From: Octopus vulgaris
Lineage: Eukaryota
DNA length: 64,000 nt
Reading direction: 5' to 3'
Assembly (NCBI GenBank): GCA_951406725.2
Contig: OX597815.1
Location: 175,274,001-175,338,000, forward strand
The notes under the pieces were generated by a model. The model was given only the letters and a program-made list of their open reading frames with translations, was not told the origin of the DNA and did not search any database. Positions within the stretch are counted from its first letter, which is position 1. Each line of letters begins with the position of its first letter. The translations under genes were made by a program, and so were the position numbers. Below, in pieces: positions 37,101 through 50,717 of this stretch.

Positions 37101-39772
37101 TGAGGCATATGCTTGAGGGAAATTCCTCTCTCTCTGTTATATATACATAAATACGAACGTAGTAGATAACAGCTAGCCTTCAGCTGCCCTTTTGGACCCT
37201 GTTGTGTCCAATACTCTGATTGGTTGGTATTGGCACAATTTGTCTCTTGCTCTATTGGGTTGCATGTCAATATGCAACCCAACCAATCACAGCCTTCAAA
37301 TAAGGTCACATGAGACAGTCTCTTCTAAACCTCAGTTTGCACCGACTGCTCACTATAAAACTCTAGCTTCACATAGAATTGATGTCTTTCGATTCCAGAC
37401 CTTTTTAGGCCTAGCCACTGACCACACAGGACACAGCCAGTTCCAGTGACAACACAACAGCAGCCACATGGAGACTCATCAACACTCGACCAACAGCATA
37501 TGGAAATCTCTTCGTTGCCTCCATCATCTCTCTATGTACACAGCAACCAGCAACTCGCACAGGTTCCAACACAACACTGTTCGTGAATCACTTCACCATG
37601 GTTAACAGCAAATACAACCTGTGAGAACTCCTGTAACAAGTGACCGGCTCTGCATCGTAGCCATGATTTCTTGTACGACATGTACCTCAACCAGCTCTGC
37701 ATTACAGCCACAACTTCTTGATACAGCATTTCAACTATTGTGTACATTGACTATGAACTGGTATTTATCATCCTTGTGTCTGAACATTCTTCTAATATCA
37801 TATTATAGATTCTTTCAATGCTCTGTATTAACGCACAACGCATACATCCATGCCTATGCACACGCACACACTTTGTTCTCATGACGGCCTGTCTGTTATG
37901 TATATATGATGCACACACAGACACACGTTAACCTATTCCTGGCTTCCCAGACCCCAGTCGAACAGTCCAACCCATGCTAGCATGGAAAACAGACGCTAAA
38001 CAATGATGATGATGAAGCATTCTACCTGGTTGTGTCTCTCTTTTCCTTCTGGCACTTAGACTCATTTATCCTTTTCATATTTATTGTATCGACCGTGTGA
38101 TGTACAAAGGAGCCATTCTCGTCATCTCACTTTGCACGGTCATTTATAAGTCTTTTACATTTCAAGCCTACGCTCTTTAACAGAAAGGAACACAGAAATA
38201 AACAGGGAGAGAGAAACGACATGCTACTGAAACTGGGAAGCTTACCCTTGTGAGCCTTGCATGGCTTGACAAGGAAACATTAATAAAATATTTGAATAAT
38301 TTTTGGTGTTTAACAATCAATATTATTTTCTTTGTTGATTTCCAACTCAATTTTCCTCCACACTAGTGTCTAATTTGATAAGTAGTGGGGTAAAATGAGT
38401 AATGACTAATTTCACTGATTTCTTCTCGTTAACTGCATGGTGTGTAAAGATTTCACGAAGAAAGACATTCCAGTAGATTGTAAAGAAGCTATAGAGAATA
38501 TTTCGAGTTTTTTTTAATTATTTAGTTGAGTTTCGTTTATTTCATATCATGTGCCATTTTCCCTCGATCGTCTTTCATTTGACCAAGATATTCATTTATT
38601 TTCTTATCTTTCTCATGTCTAAGGATTGATATTGACTAGTATGAGCCTGTTTTTGGGAGAACTGAAATGGCATATTTGCCTTATCTTACTCGTTTTACCC
38701 CAGCCAAATTTGTCTTTTACATGCTCAAAGAACGGCGATAATTTCCTGAAATAGCGATCAGATTGTGTTATAATGCTTCAAATGCATTTAGGGAAGGCCA
38801 TTTGCCTGGTTGATATAGTTTTTGTGGCAATCAATCGGTATTGGTCTCGAGAAACAAAAACAATATTTTCGGCAAAGTTCCGTTAAAAATGCAGTGAAAA
38901 TGCCCAACTCATTTTGCCCCATCAACTCATACCCACTTACGACTAAATTTCAACATAGAGAATAAAATATTTCGAGTTAGGAATAAAAAAGTAAATATAT
39001 ATTTTTTGCAATGTTTAATTCAAGCCATAGAATTTATGCAGTTAATTCTACTATCTTCCAAATTTCTCTAATTACTTAGGTGTTTTGTAAAATTTGAAGT
39101 TTGGTTTTGCTATTTAAATGATTGTAAATGGTTAGCAGAAATATTGAAGGCGATCTCAACCAGTTCAAGTCTTTGAGTTCACCAAACCCTGGAAAATTAA
39201 TTCAATAATGCAAATATGACAAATTGTTTGCTGTATATTTTAAAAATTGACTCAGAACGGCTCCACAGATATTTGCTACAACTTGAAATCTGAAGCAGAT
39301 CCCTTTTCTTTTCCATTTTTACAATAAACAAAGAAAAATGTGCGATTTATGAATTTCGAATAAATCTTTGAGACTAATTCATTCATTCATTCCAAAATAT
39401 TTTACGTATTTGTAGAAAAAACAAAACAGAATCAGAAAAAAAGTAGTTGGTAAAATAATTTCCTAATAAGACTACATAATTAAATAAACTTCATGAAAGA
39501 AACGACTGAAACTAGTTTAATTGAAGTTGACTGAATGAAGAAGGAATGTCTTGAAGCATCAAGTGGTTTTCTATTTTTCAGTCGTTGAAAAAGAAAATTA
39601 TTTTCAAGTTTATTTCTTTATAATTGAATCCCAAAACAAAAATTATTTAAATCTTATAATGAATATAATTACGAGTGAAAGAAATGATTGACAGAATTCA
39701 ATCAAACTCAGAAGCAAAAAGTTAATGAAGAAGAAAAGGCCGTGAGGCTGGAGAGATTATTATTCTTTTTAC

Positions 39773-39847
39773 CTTCCCCGTGAGACAATCGCCAAGCAAA
39801 ACAATCTTGAGCCGTTTATCAAAACATTCATTTTCCGAGTCTGACAT
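39773..39847 (-). CDS. RAB28: Rab28 exon 1 (start codon, P-loop)
   Basis: ATG...AAG|GTAAAA, 75 nt. Translates MSDSENECFDKRLKIVLLGDCLTGK. The six exons (75+97+89+133+104+171 = 669 nt) join in frame to give 222 aa. Confidence 0.94.
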
Positions 39848-40005
39848 TGACTATCGTAATCTGCCGGTTGTTTACCAAAATATATACATAGACTGGATCG
39901 ATTAATGAAGCATTACAAGTCTCTTCTCGGTGTTTGTTTAGCGATAAGATGAGCGAAGATGTCCGCCAACGACGCCAGACAAGAAGACAAAAAAAGAAAT
40001 GCCTT

Positions 40006-40013
40006 TGACGTCA
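40006..40013. promoter_or_regulatory. Palindromic CRE (TGACGTCA) in the putative Rab28 promoter
   Basis: Perfect 8-bp CRE about 160 bp upstream of the ATG, in a locally CpG-richer stretch. Function is inferred. Confidence 0.45.
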
Positions 40014-40855
40014 CATCCGTTCCTCTTTGGCTTCTCTCGATTCGGGCTTCAGACTTTCAGTTTCTTCTCACTTCGGACATGGAATTTTAATAAAATTTCG
40101 AGAGAGATAATTTATTCATATAAAACTTTGTTAAAACTTATTACTATTTTGCAAGTGGTGAATATAAAATTGCCGAAACGCAAGAAATTAAAGACGAAAT
40201 ATGTTACAAACTATAGAATTTTCTCAAGAAAGCCAAGAGAAAATGACGTTTTATAAAGACATTCTACCAGTATACGAAGTTTAAAACTTTTTAGTTACCT
40301 AGAAATTATTTTAAAAACTGCCGTTCAAACTGAAAAGATCCATATCTTTTTATCTTTTATTTGTTTCAATGATTGAAATGTGGCTATTGCTGGGGCAGCG
40401 AAGTGTTTAGTAGAAACAAACCGACCCCAAGACGGTTTTTTATTTTAAAGTCTGCTGCTTAACACTGTCGACTGCTTTTGTTGAACCACTGGTTCACATG
40501 GTACATAATCAAGCCAACACCAGTTGTCACGCGACGGAGGGGCACTAACATGAAGACATAGACACACACAAATGTGTGAGCATGACATAGATTCAAATTA
40601 CACACCCATACACATGGTCCTGGTTAGGGTAGATAAGAGAAAGACAGGGTGTTTCCAAGGCAGCACTCAACCTGTGCTTTTAGGCTATCTACACTGTCGG
40701 ATTCCAGGCTAATATCGACATTTCTCAGCTATAGAAAATCTTGGTTTCACGACGGTAAAGCCATTGTATGGGTTTAGCGAAGAGTAAAATATAATCCAGT
40801 CAAGAAGTCAAAGAAAAATTTCCTCTTCAAACTCCCCCTCCGCCTCCCATTCACC

Positions 40856-41001
40856 CTTCTTCTTCTTCTTCTTCTTCTTCTTCTTCTTCTTCTTCTTCTT
40901 CTTCTTCTTCTTCTTCTTCTTCTTCTTCTTCTTCTTCTTCTTCTTCTTCTTCTTCTTCTTCTTCTTCTTCTTCTTCTTCTTCTTCTTCTTCTTCTTCTTC
41001 T
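40856..41001. repeat. (CTT)n trinucleotide microsatellite, about 48 units
   Basis: Directly visible. Confidence 0.97.
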
Positions 41002-41662
41002 CCTTCTTTCAGTGCAAAAGCAAAAATCAAAACTTTTTTTGTATGTAAACGCACATGTTTTTCTATCATACCAGATGCTTCCACCACAAAAGGTCAACAC
41101 AGAATAAACAATATATTTATACACAAAAATGTTTACTGGTGATTCATACTCACTGTTTTTCCATCTAATAACACTGCACTTGAACAGCCAACGACAGCCG
41201 CTATAGACTTATGATCAATGGCTCACCTGTGAATAAAATGCTTTTTCATTATTGTATATAAGAGATAACATTGTTCAAAGTGTCCTTCATCTCTTTATGA
41301 CAGTAGGATATTATTTGAAGTAGATTCAACTGCTGTTTCTAACAATTCAGGTAACCATGTAGAGTCTCCCTCATTGATTCTTTTAATAAGTCGTAGGTAT
41401 GTGGACCAAGTTTTCCTTAAAATTCACACCTCTTTAAAATAGCAAAAGCCATTTTAGGGAAGAATTGAGGCATAAGTGAATTGAGCTTGTACAAATCAAA
41501 AATGGAAGCCAGGTCATGATGTTGACTTGCTCAGAACTTACTTGAGAAATAAGCTCCCAAATCAATGGCATTATAAAATTACAAAACAAAGAAACAGATA
41601 TTGCAAAGAAAATATAAATTTTAAAATAACCAAGTGAAATACTTATATTTGTTGATAGCATG

Positions 41663-41668
41663 TTTATT
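41663..41668 (-). promoter_or_regulatory. Candidate poly(A) signal of the chitinase
   Basis: AATAAA on the minus strand about 20 nt after the stop codon. Confidence 0.5.
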
Positions 41669-41687
41669 CTGTAAAAGGAAAATGGAG

Positions 41688-41842
41688 TTAATGATGGTCA
41701 TAATTACATGCGTGAATACGTGGGTCCCAAACCAAGGTTGGTGGACATGTGTAGCGGTAATCACGTCCTAAGTAACAAACATGGAAAACATGGCGGTTGT
41801 AGGGGTCACCAATTATCACATTCACATTTGGTGGACAGATAG
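41688..41842 (-). CDS. Chitinase terminal exon, chitin-binding type-2 (CBM14) domain
   Basis: Strong pyrimidine tract then CAG|, phase 1. Translates ICPPNVNVIIGDPYNRHVFHVCYLGRDYRYTCPPTLVWDPRIHACNYDHH*, with the CBM14 CP-x-x-L-V-W-D-x4-C signature. Confidence 0.85.
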
Positions 41843-43540
41843 CTGTTGGAGAAAAGAAAAGTAGCTTCTGTTATATTTTGTGAAAAAGTGTAAGGTTATT
41901 TATGGTAAGAAAATTAATTTGTTCTTAGGTACAAGATAACAGATTAACATATACATGGAAGTGATTTGAAGAAACATTAATCATTTTACCAAAGGCTGTT
42001 TAAGAAGTAAAAAGAAATTCAAATAGGATCTTATACCCAGTTGGGTACTTTCTTTTCACCCTGTTTAATGATTTGGATATGAATTTCTTTTGGTTTGGTA
42101 CCAGGTCAATTTTAGTTAAAGTAACATATAATCAACCCAATACAATTTGTAAACTTAGGCAAGTGAAATGGGAAGTTGACCCCCCCCCACCACTATATTT
42201 GAATAACAAAAGTTTCAAAGTTGTTACTGTTTAGGATTCAGTACAATTTTCATCCTATTACTGGTATCTTGACTACTTTTTCTATATTACTGAAATTATC
42301 CTGTTGTTGTAAAACTTCTCTGAAGAGAGATACTTTATTGGAATGTGAAATATTGTTCTTGAGAGCTATCTTGTCTTGAGAATTCTTCTTGTTATCATCA
42401 CTCAATATTGGAAGGTTAAAAATAAGCTTTATAAAATGGAAATCCAACTGGATTCCGCAGGTTAAGACAGAAGATAGCTTCAGTAAGACCGTATTTCCAG
42501 TTTGTCATTGACATTGATGCTGTAAAGCCAAACAATCTGTTTGTGAATTTGTTATTGACTAATACATATTTTTGAATATGGTGCTGTGGGAGAGATTCAA
42601 GTTTACTGTTGAGACAGTGAACAGCTTATATACTGTGCTAAGCTAAAATCCTCTTACGGCTTTAGAGAAGGCAATGGCAAAATAATGCAGCATGTTATTC
42701 CTTGAATTAGTGAGAAAAAGCCACAATTTTCAGAGATGTCCTAATAACTTATAGGATATTATTTCTAAGAGTGTCTTGGTATTTTTTTTTACTTAGGTAG
42801 CGCTAAAAATACTTTCATAAAGCTCCCTGTCTTTAGTAAAACAAAATTTTAAAAAATTAACAACGGAGGATATTACAGTGTGGAATATTAGGTGAACGTG
42901 TCCATATTCTTGGAGTAGTGGCTCGTGGTCTGACTGTATAGGATCTATAAGAAAGTGAAAAATGCAACATAATTTAATAGATTTCAACAGAATACTCACG
43001 CATACTCACACACACACATATATATAGACACAATGCATATATCTGGGAGCACAAATAGAAGAAATATCTGTACTCAACCCATGCCAGCATGGAAAACAAA
43101 CGTTAAAGGATGATGATGATGATATAGTTTGGGAGCTGATAATTTACTCCATCACTTCTCAGAGCTTCTCATTATGTACTGTTTTTCAGGTAACCAAAAA
43201 CGAGTTCCTTTTTGTCATGAAGGATTGTACATTCTAATAAATTTGGAGAAGCAGTGTAGTACAAGCATAACTAAGAAGGGCAGAGGGGATATTTATTTGA
43301 GACAGCACTTTACACATGTATTATGTTGCATATTTCATGATGAGTGGCAAAACAAGGACTTCTTTGATGGCACAAATCTCGTTAGACCACAGTCTCTGAG
43401 TGGATCCTCAACATCAAATTGAACGATTACAGCCAAAAGTTCAAGTGAATTTTGCTTTGCTATTGGTTTCACCTTTTTTGCATCTACAGTTCTACACTTC
43501 CCTCACGCTGTTCAACCTGGGCATTATACATAAACTCACC

Positions 43541-44317
43541 TGTGATCAGAGATACACATATCATCAGCCACCAAGGGACATGCTCAACTGGTAAAGGTCA
43601 AACAACTGACAAGCAAATCTGTGGTATTGAGCAAATCTTTGCTGTGGCCCATCTTTTATACCAAGATCAAAACAATGTACGTGATAACACTTCCAATCAG
43701 TTAAGATCAGGAGCCATGAAAGCCACTACCTGCTACTGCATCAGGGCATTTATCATTATTATTATTTATTATTATTATTATTATTGAGTGAGAGAGCAGA
43801 GCATGCCATCAAAATGTACGAAACCTAGTTTACCCATCATGACTACTTGGCTGATAATGGTACACCAGGCACATGCATCATAACCATATGTGCATGACAT
43901 GGTGATCTCGTATCAAAATAGCATATGACTTTGCAGGTGGGGCCCAGTTAGAATTTTCTTCAGGTCGAGTAGCCCATCTTGCTCAAAAGGTCCCTGAATA
44001 AGGGTTGTTTAAGGATGTTGAACGAAACACCCATGTTTCCATAGGTGAATTATCCAAGCCTCAAAGAATTCCTCTCAACAACACATGGCTATGATGCTCC
44101 CCCACTACTTCTGCTCATGATCAGAGATGCAGATATTGTCAGCCACTAAGGGACATGCTCAACTGGTCAAAGTAACTGACAAGCAAAACTGTGGTATTGA
44201 GCAGAATATTTGTTGTGGCCCACCTTTTATACGAAGACAAAACAATGTACATGATAACACTTCCAATCAGTTAAGATGAGAAACCATGAGAACCAGTCCT
44301 TGGTCCTACATCAGGGA

Positions 44318-44350
<33 letters not shown>
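43541..44350. repeat. Two copies of an interspersed repeat ending in (ATT)n (short copy 43541-43785, longer copy 43786-44350)
   Basis: TGATCAGAGAT...CAGCCAC.AAGGGACATGCTCAACTGG...GATAACACTTCCAATCAGTTAAGAT...CATCAGGG-(ATT)n is present twice in diverged form. Confidence 0.75.
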
Positions 44351-44351
<1 letters not shown>

Positions 44352-44506
44352 GAGCATCATTGGGATATGTTTTTCCAAAGTGTTAAGGCATAAGAAAGAA
44401 AGCGAATAAAAGATAGAATGGATCTGGAATAGAATCTAAGTAGATCCTTCGACAGTTTAAAATCATATAAGAATAAGTTTTAAATGAATTAGTGATAAAA
44501 ACGAAC

Positions 44507-44661
44507 CGAAAGGTAGTTGGCCTACGATTATGGAGTGTCAAAGAAGATACTAGCGTATTTAACAATGGAAAGCGGCCTTGCCGACATGCATTGTCGAAGT
44601 CGTCAAAATCCAGTGACCAAATCATGGCACCAGCTAAATTCCTGCTCACAAGGTAATTGGC
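44507..44661 (-). CDS. GH18 chitinase exon (end of catalytic barrel); donor position uncertain (44507 or 44526)
   Basis: TTCCAG|. Translates ANYLVSRNLAGAMIWSLDFDDFDNACRQGRFPLLNTL, the GH18 GAM-x-W-x-L-D-x-DDF motif. Confidence 0.88.
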
Positions 44662-44909
44662 CTGGAATTAGAACAAGAAATTTAAGTTTTGATAAACATT
44701 TGGTACATTAAAGATAATTAAACAATTCTAACTGGGAATTGTTGAAATTCACATAAAAATGCAACTTTCAACAAGACATTTTTCTGTAGATGATGAAAAA
44801 GATAATTATTTTTACGTCATATATTTTTTTAATGACATATAGTTACAAATTTCTAGAGGAATTGGGAATGAAATGATGAGAGCTGAAAAATTGGTTAACA
44901 GGTAGAGAA

Positions 44910-45724
44910 TTGGAAAAGTTGGAGGGGTATCGGAAAGCCTGCTCAGAGTTCAACTTTGCCATTTGTCCTTTCAGGTTGATAAATAAAGTATCAGTCCAAA
45001 GCGGTGCTCTGATAGAAGCGTTTTGAGTGTCAGACAGGATGTCTTGTGTTATTTGCTCTGGACCTATGCATTCTGAGTTCAAATCTTGATTTTGTTATCG
45101 GAATTAGTGGATTGTAACCAAAAGATAGAACCACTAATGGGGAAAAACAAAGGGAAAATAGTTTCCTTCATTCAATAGGAAGGTCAGCTGGCACCACCAT
45201 TAAAAGGTTGAACACACGTGTTATCACTTTAGCACAAGTGTGGCACAGCTTTAACATTAGTTGCTGGGAAACCTTGAATAAGCAGACTGATAATTAGAAA
45301 TATTTCAGGTAATTAGAAATATTTTGGAAAAGTTGGAGGGGTATCGGAAAGCCTGCTCAGAGTTCAACTTTGCCATTTGTCCTTTCAGGTTGATAAATAA
45401 AGTATCAGTCCAAAGCGGTGCTCTGATAGAAGCGTTTTGAGTGTCAGACAGGATGTCTTGTGTTATTTGCTCTGGACCTATGCATTCTGAGTTCAAATCT
45501 TGATTTTGTTATCGGAATTAGTGGATTGTAACCAAAAGATAGAACCACTAATGGGGAAAAACAAAGGGAAAATAGTTTCCTTCATTCAATAGGAAGGTCA
45601 GCTGGCACCACCATTAAAAGGTTGAACACACGTGTTATCACTTTAGCACAAGTGTGGCACAGCTTTAACATTAGTTGCTGGGAAACCTTGAATAAGCAGA
45701 CTGATAATTAGAAATATTTCAGGT
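44910..45724. repeat. Near-perfect tandem duplication, 414-bp period
   Basis: 44910-45310 equals 45324-45724, separated by the 13-bp filler AATTAGAAATATT. Confidence 0.93.
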
Positions 45725-47222
45725 GTGGAAGCAAGGATTAGAATCGAAGGCCCTTAGAGTCAACCTAGCTAAAACCAAAGTTCCTAATATGTAGGAAGGC
45801 AAACAAACCACAAATCCCTTCAGGTAGATGGCCCTGCTCGATCTGTAGAAAAGGTGTAGGTAGAAACTCTATAAGATGTACCCTGTGTAAGCTATGGACA
45901 CATAAAAGGTGCAGTAATATCAAAGGTAGGCTAACTGGGAAGATAGTTTGTGTATGTGGCAGATGCCCAGGAGAATAAATAACACTGAAAATGTGCAGAG
46001 AACAACTTCTGCCACATTCCAGGGAGAAAAGTTAGAAGTAGTTGATAGCTTCCGTTACCTAGAGTAGCAGAGGTGGATGCTCTGAAAGTGTAGCTACTAG
46101 AATAAGAATAGCCTGGGCAAAGTTCAGAGAGCTCTTACCTCTGTTGGTGACAAAGGGCCTCTCGCTCAGAGTAAAAAGTAGACTGTATGACGCATGTGTA
46201 TGAAAACCATGCTACATGGCAGCAAAACATGGCCATTACTGATGAGGACATGCATAAAGCTTGCAAGGAATGAAGTCAGCATGCTCCGATGGATGTGTAA
46301 TGTCAGTGTGCATACTCGACAGAGTGTAAGTACCTTGAGAGAAAAGTTGGACCTAAGAAGCATCAGACGTGGTGTGCAAGAGAGATGACTGTGCTGGTAT
46401 GGTCATGTGTTGCGAATGGAGAAGGACAGCTGTGTGAAAAAGTGTCACACCCCAGCAATAGAGGGAACCTGTGGAAGAGGTGGACCCAGGAAGACCTGGG
46501 ATGAAGTGGTGAAGCACGACCTTCGAACATTAGGCCTCACTGAGGCAATGACTTGTAACTGAGACCTTTGGAAATATGCTGTGCCTGAGAAGACCCAGCA
46601 AGCCAAGTGAGACCATAACCCGTGGCCTATGCCAGTGGTGTAACCAGCCCACTTATGCGTACCTTTCCTTCTTTGGACACTAAACTCTGCTTGTGAAGGC
46701 CTGTTGAGGCAAGTGAAATCAAAATCAAATTCGATGACAGCACTGTATGACTGGCATCCGTGCTAGTGAAGCACTGAGTGCACCATCCGAGTGTGATCAT
46801 TGCCAGGGCAGCTGACTGACTCCTGTGCCGGTGGCACATAAAAAGCACCATTTGAGTGTGATCATTACCAGCATCGCCTTACTGGCACTTGTGCTGGTGG
46901 CATATGAAAAAACAACATTCGAGCGAGGTCATTGCCAGTGCCACTGGACTGGCTCCTGTGCAGGTGGCACGTATAAAACACCATTTGAACATGGCCATTG
47001 CCAGTACCACCTGACTGGCCCTAGTGCCAGTGGTATGTAAAAGCACCCACTACACTCTTGGAGTGGTTGGCGTTAGGAAGGGCATCCAGCTGTAGAAACT
47101 CTGCCAGATCAGATTGAGCCTGGTGCAGCCATCTGGCTCGCCAGTCCTCAGTCAAACTGTCCAACCCATGCCAGCATGGAAAGCAGACGTTAAACGACGA
47201 CGACGACGACGATGATGATGAT
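45721..47222 (+). mobile_element. 5'-truncated RTE LINE with complete 3' UTR and (GAC/GAT)n tail
   Basis: Collinear with about 603-2080. Encodes WKQGLE..RVNLAKTK, the Cys finger with WTHKRC, and RNEVSMLRWMCNVSV, with frameshifts. Confidence 0.92.
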
Positions 47223-48346
47223 TTCAACCGTGACCATTCCACCTTTTAAAAGATATTCAGAACAACATTATCCCATGTATCCCTAAGCTTTTTAAGACAG
47301 TCAAATGTGATTTGAAGGAGATTTGACTGTTATTTTTAGTAGGTTATGTGATCACACAGAGGTTCCCATGCTGTATTGATTAACTGAAGAGGACGATGTA
47401 GGATTTTCAGTAGAACTTGAAAAGTACATAAATCAATTTTTTACAGTAAAAACGAAGTCATTTTAAAGAACATTAAGGTTTACTTTGCAACTTTGTGACT
47501 TTCGCATGATTCATTCCATTATTTTTGCTTTACCAAATTAGAGAATGTTTAGGAGGATGTGAACATTATTTTCAAACGTGAAATGTGACAAAATAACTGT
47601 AATATTGATTCTACACAAGCTTGGTTTGTCTTCAGCTCAACTCTAGTATTATATTAACATATTACTTTTACTTGTTTCAGTCATATGACTGTGGCCCTGC
47701 TGGAGCACCACCTTTAGCCGAACAAATCGACCCCAGGACTTATTCTTTGTAAGCCTAGTACTTATTCTATCGTTCTCTTTTGCCGAATCACTTGTCAAGT
47801 GATGGGGGTGAGGGGCAAACACACACACACACACACATACATATATGACAGGCTTCTTTCAGTTTCCATCTACCAAATCCACTCACAAGGCTTTGGCCAA
47901 CCTGAGATTATTGTAGAAGACACTTGCCTAAGGTGCCACGCAGTGGGACTGAACCCAGAACCATGTGGTTGGGAAGCAAGCTTCTTACCACACAGCCATG
48001 CCTGTGCCTATTTATGTTTTGTTACTTTAATTGTTTAAACTTTGGTCGTCTTTTTTTGCAATGTGACACCATTAAAAGCGTAGAAGACAAATTTAACTTC
48101 TGGTGATTGTGTTGACTTGGAATACTTTGGAAAGAATCCACTACAATTTAATTATACATTCAGCTTTAAATAAATGAACAAGATCAGAAACTGTTTAATT
48201 GGCTTTGAATATGGAACAACATTACTGACACAACATGGATTGTTAAATCTTTAACCTGAATCCCGAGTGAATTGCAACCCAATTCCCAAATAAATAGTTG
48301 GGAACTGGGTTCCCAAATAAATGGCTTTAACAATCCCAATACTTAC

Positions 48347-48463
48347 TTTCAGCCGCACACTCTCTCTGTTTTCATATCCAACCCATTGATTTCCTCGGAC
48401 AAGGTAAGGGACTTGATGGTCATTATCCCAATGTCTCGACCATGATTTTTCTTCTAGGCATAT
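48347..48463 (-). CDS. GH18 chitinase exon (alpha/beta insertion domain)
   Basis: TAG|...|GTAAGT, 117 nt. Translates ICLEEKSWSRHWDNDHQVPYLVRGNQWVGYENRESVRLK. Confidence 0.93.
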
Positions 48464-48705
48464 CTACAACATCGAAATAAAAGAGAAATTTACTCATGTA
48501 GCTTTGGCACTAAGAAATTCACGTTTCTAGGAGAGACAGAAATTACTAGAACTGACAAAAATCAAAATGAATCTTAATGAGAGATGGAGAAAATCCACTT
48601 AGAGATAAATTCTTCAAATCAACAACTATTTCCATCGTTTCTGTTCCAAATTGATATGTCTCTTTCTAGTCAGCACATACTATTTTCGAATTGCTGCATT
48701 GAATG

Positions 48706-48735
<30 letters not shown>

Positions 48736-48737
<2 letters not shown>

Positions 48738-50645
48738 TAATAATAATAATGAAATTATTGTATACAGTGCTCAGGTGCACCACAACTTGTCAGAAAGTGC
48801 GTATAAATTGTATGCAGTAATGTACAAATGTCTGGAAAGCGAACAGTGTATGAGTCAGATCCATGCTTGCGTGTGTATGGAGGGGAGAAAATCAGGTGTA
48901 GTGTTGGCGAATCTCAGGAATCATGGAAGTTTTGAAGGATGCAGTGCTCCAACAACTAACAACTGATGCCGGCAGTTTGTTCCATGCTTCAGCAACTCTT
49001 AGCGTGAAAAAATGTTTCCGAAAGTCATGGGAGCTGTGCTGTTTTCTGACTTTGTAAATATGTCCACGGGTGTTAGACGGGTGAAGTTTGAAAAGGTGCT
49101 CAGAGTTATTGTTTGTAAGATGGTTAATAATTTTATGGGTGTCTGCCAAGTCAGCTGCCAGATGTCGGAATTTCAATGTGTCCATGCCCAGGGAAGTAAG
49201 GCATTCAGAATATGGCAAATGCCTGATGGAGGGTATTCTTTTGGTTGCAAGTCGCTGAACAGCTTCCAGACGATTAATATCCTGGACAAGATAGGGGTTC
49301 CAGACCGGTGATGCAAATTCCAGGTGAGGTTGTACCATAGCTATATAAAGCCGCAGATAGATAGCCAGAGAGCGGCTCACAAAGGACTTGGTAAGTGATG
49401 CCAAGACACCCTCAGCCTTCTTGGCAATTTTAGCGATGTGTTTTGTCCAACGCAAATCGCTGTCGACAATAACACCCAGGTCACGTTCACATGAAGACTG
49501 TTTGAGATGAGTGTTGTGGAGGGAGTAAGTAGACGCTGGGTTTTTCCTCCCAAAATGCATGGTGGTACATTTGTCCACAGCCAGCTTGAATTGCCAGTCC
49601 ATGATCCACTGCTGCATTGTGTTCAGGTCTGATTGCAATAGAGATCTATAGTGTACAGGATCTGACCTCTTTATTTCGAGGTACAGCTTGATGTCATCTG
49701 CATATTTCAGCACTGTGTCATTCTTTAAGTTGGCATCTATGTCATTAACATATGCAACAAATAAAAGGGGGCCAAGAACAGATCCCTGTGGTACACCAGA
49801 TGTCATCTCATAGGGTGAAGAGTGCTGTCCTAGAACAGTGACAACCTCTTTTCAGCTGAAAATAAAGGACTTCAACCAGTTATAGAGATCGTCTCTTACA
49901 CCCATTGCAGAGAGTTTCACCATAAGTCTTTTGTGTGGCACAAAGTTAAAAGCTTTAGCAAAGTCCAGGTAAACAACATCCACCCAGGATCCACGATCAG
50001 TAATTTGGGTAATGTCCTCAAGAAACAGCAGCTGGAGTTAGGAATAAATCCAAATTGTGACGGCTGGATGAGACTGTGAGACTTCCAGAAGTTCCAGGGG
50101 GATTCCCTGACAAAGGATTCCATCAGTTTGGCGATGCAGCTAGTAAGACTAACGAGGCGATAGTTGACAGGCAATGTGCGGTCACCTTTTTGAACAGAGG
50201 GGTAACACTGGCAATTTTCCACTGCTCTGGAGTAACACCGTTGTCAAGACAGAATTGGAAGAATAGTGAAAGTTGGCATAGAAGAAAGTACCCACCACGT
50301 TTGAGAAGTAGGCATGTAACACCATTGAGACCAGGAGAGGCATAGTTGCGTTTATTCTTAAGGTGGCGTTGTAGTATTGCTGGTGTAAATTTCATAGTAG
50401 ATACAGAGTCCGGTGTCAGAGGTGATGAAGATGGAACATTTTGGTCTTTGACAGTAAAGATGCCAGCATAGCATCCAGCAATGATTTCTGCACATTCTTT
50501 GGGATTGACAGTAATCTGCCCTGAGTGGGAATTGCAAAGGGGACCAACTGGAGAGTGAGGTCTCTGCTTTGAGTGTACATACTTCCAGAACACTTTGCTG
50601 TCAGGGTTGGTTGCTATGCGTTGTTCGAATTCAAGCACTGCCTTT
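48736..50645 (-). mobile_element. CR1-clade LINE, 5'-truncated, with (TTA)n tail
   Basis: ORF 48892-49806 has SGVPQGSVLGPLLF, YADD and HLEFASPVWNP. Upstream frames have NYRLVSLTS, QFGF and WKIASVTPLFKK. Confidence 0.92.
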
Positions 50646-50652
50646 TTTGTTA

Positions 50653-50717
<65 letters not shown>

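Noticed and set aside
38380-38925. GGGGTAAAATGAGT / ACTCATTTTGCCCC inverted pair, possible DNA transposon relic
   Set aside because: Short match with no clear termini or TSD.
39925-39950. RFX X-box expected for a ciliary Rab28 promoter
   Set aside because: Only a poor half-site match.
40774-41124. Poly-Arg and poly-Glu ORFs
   Set aside because: Products of the (CTT)n microsatellite.
41153-41226. Exon-like segment on the minus strand (CACAG|...|GTGAGT) between the chitinase and Rab28
   Set aside because: Stops in all three frames. It could be a non-coding exon but cannot be supported without transcripts.
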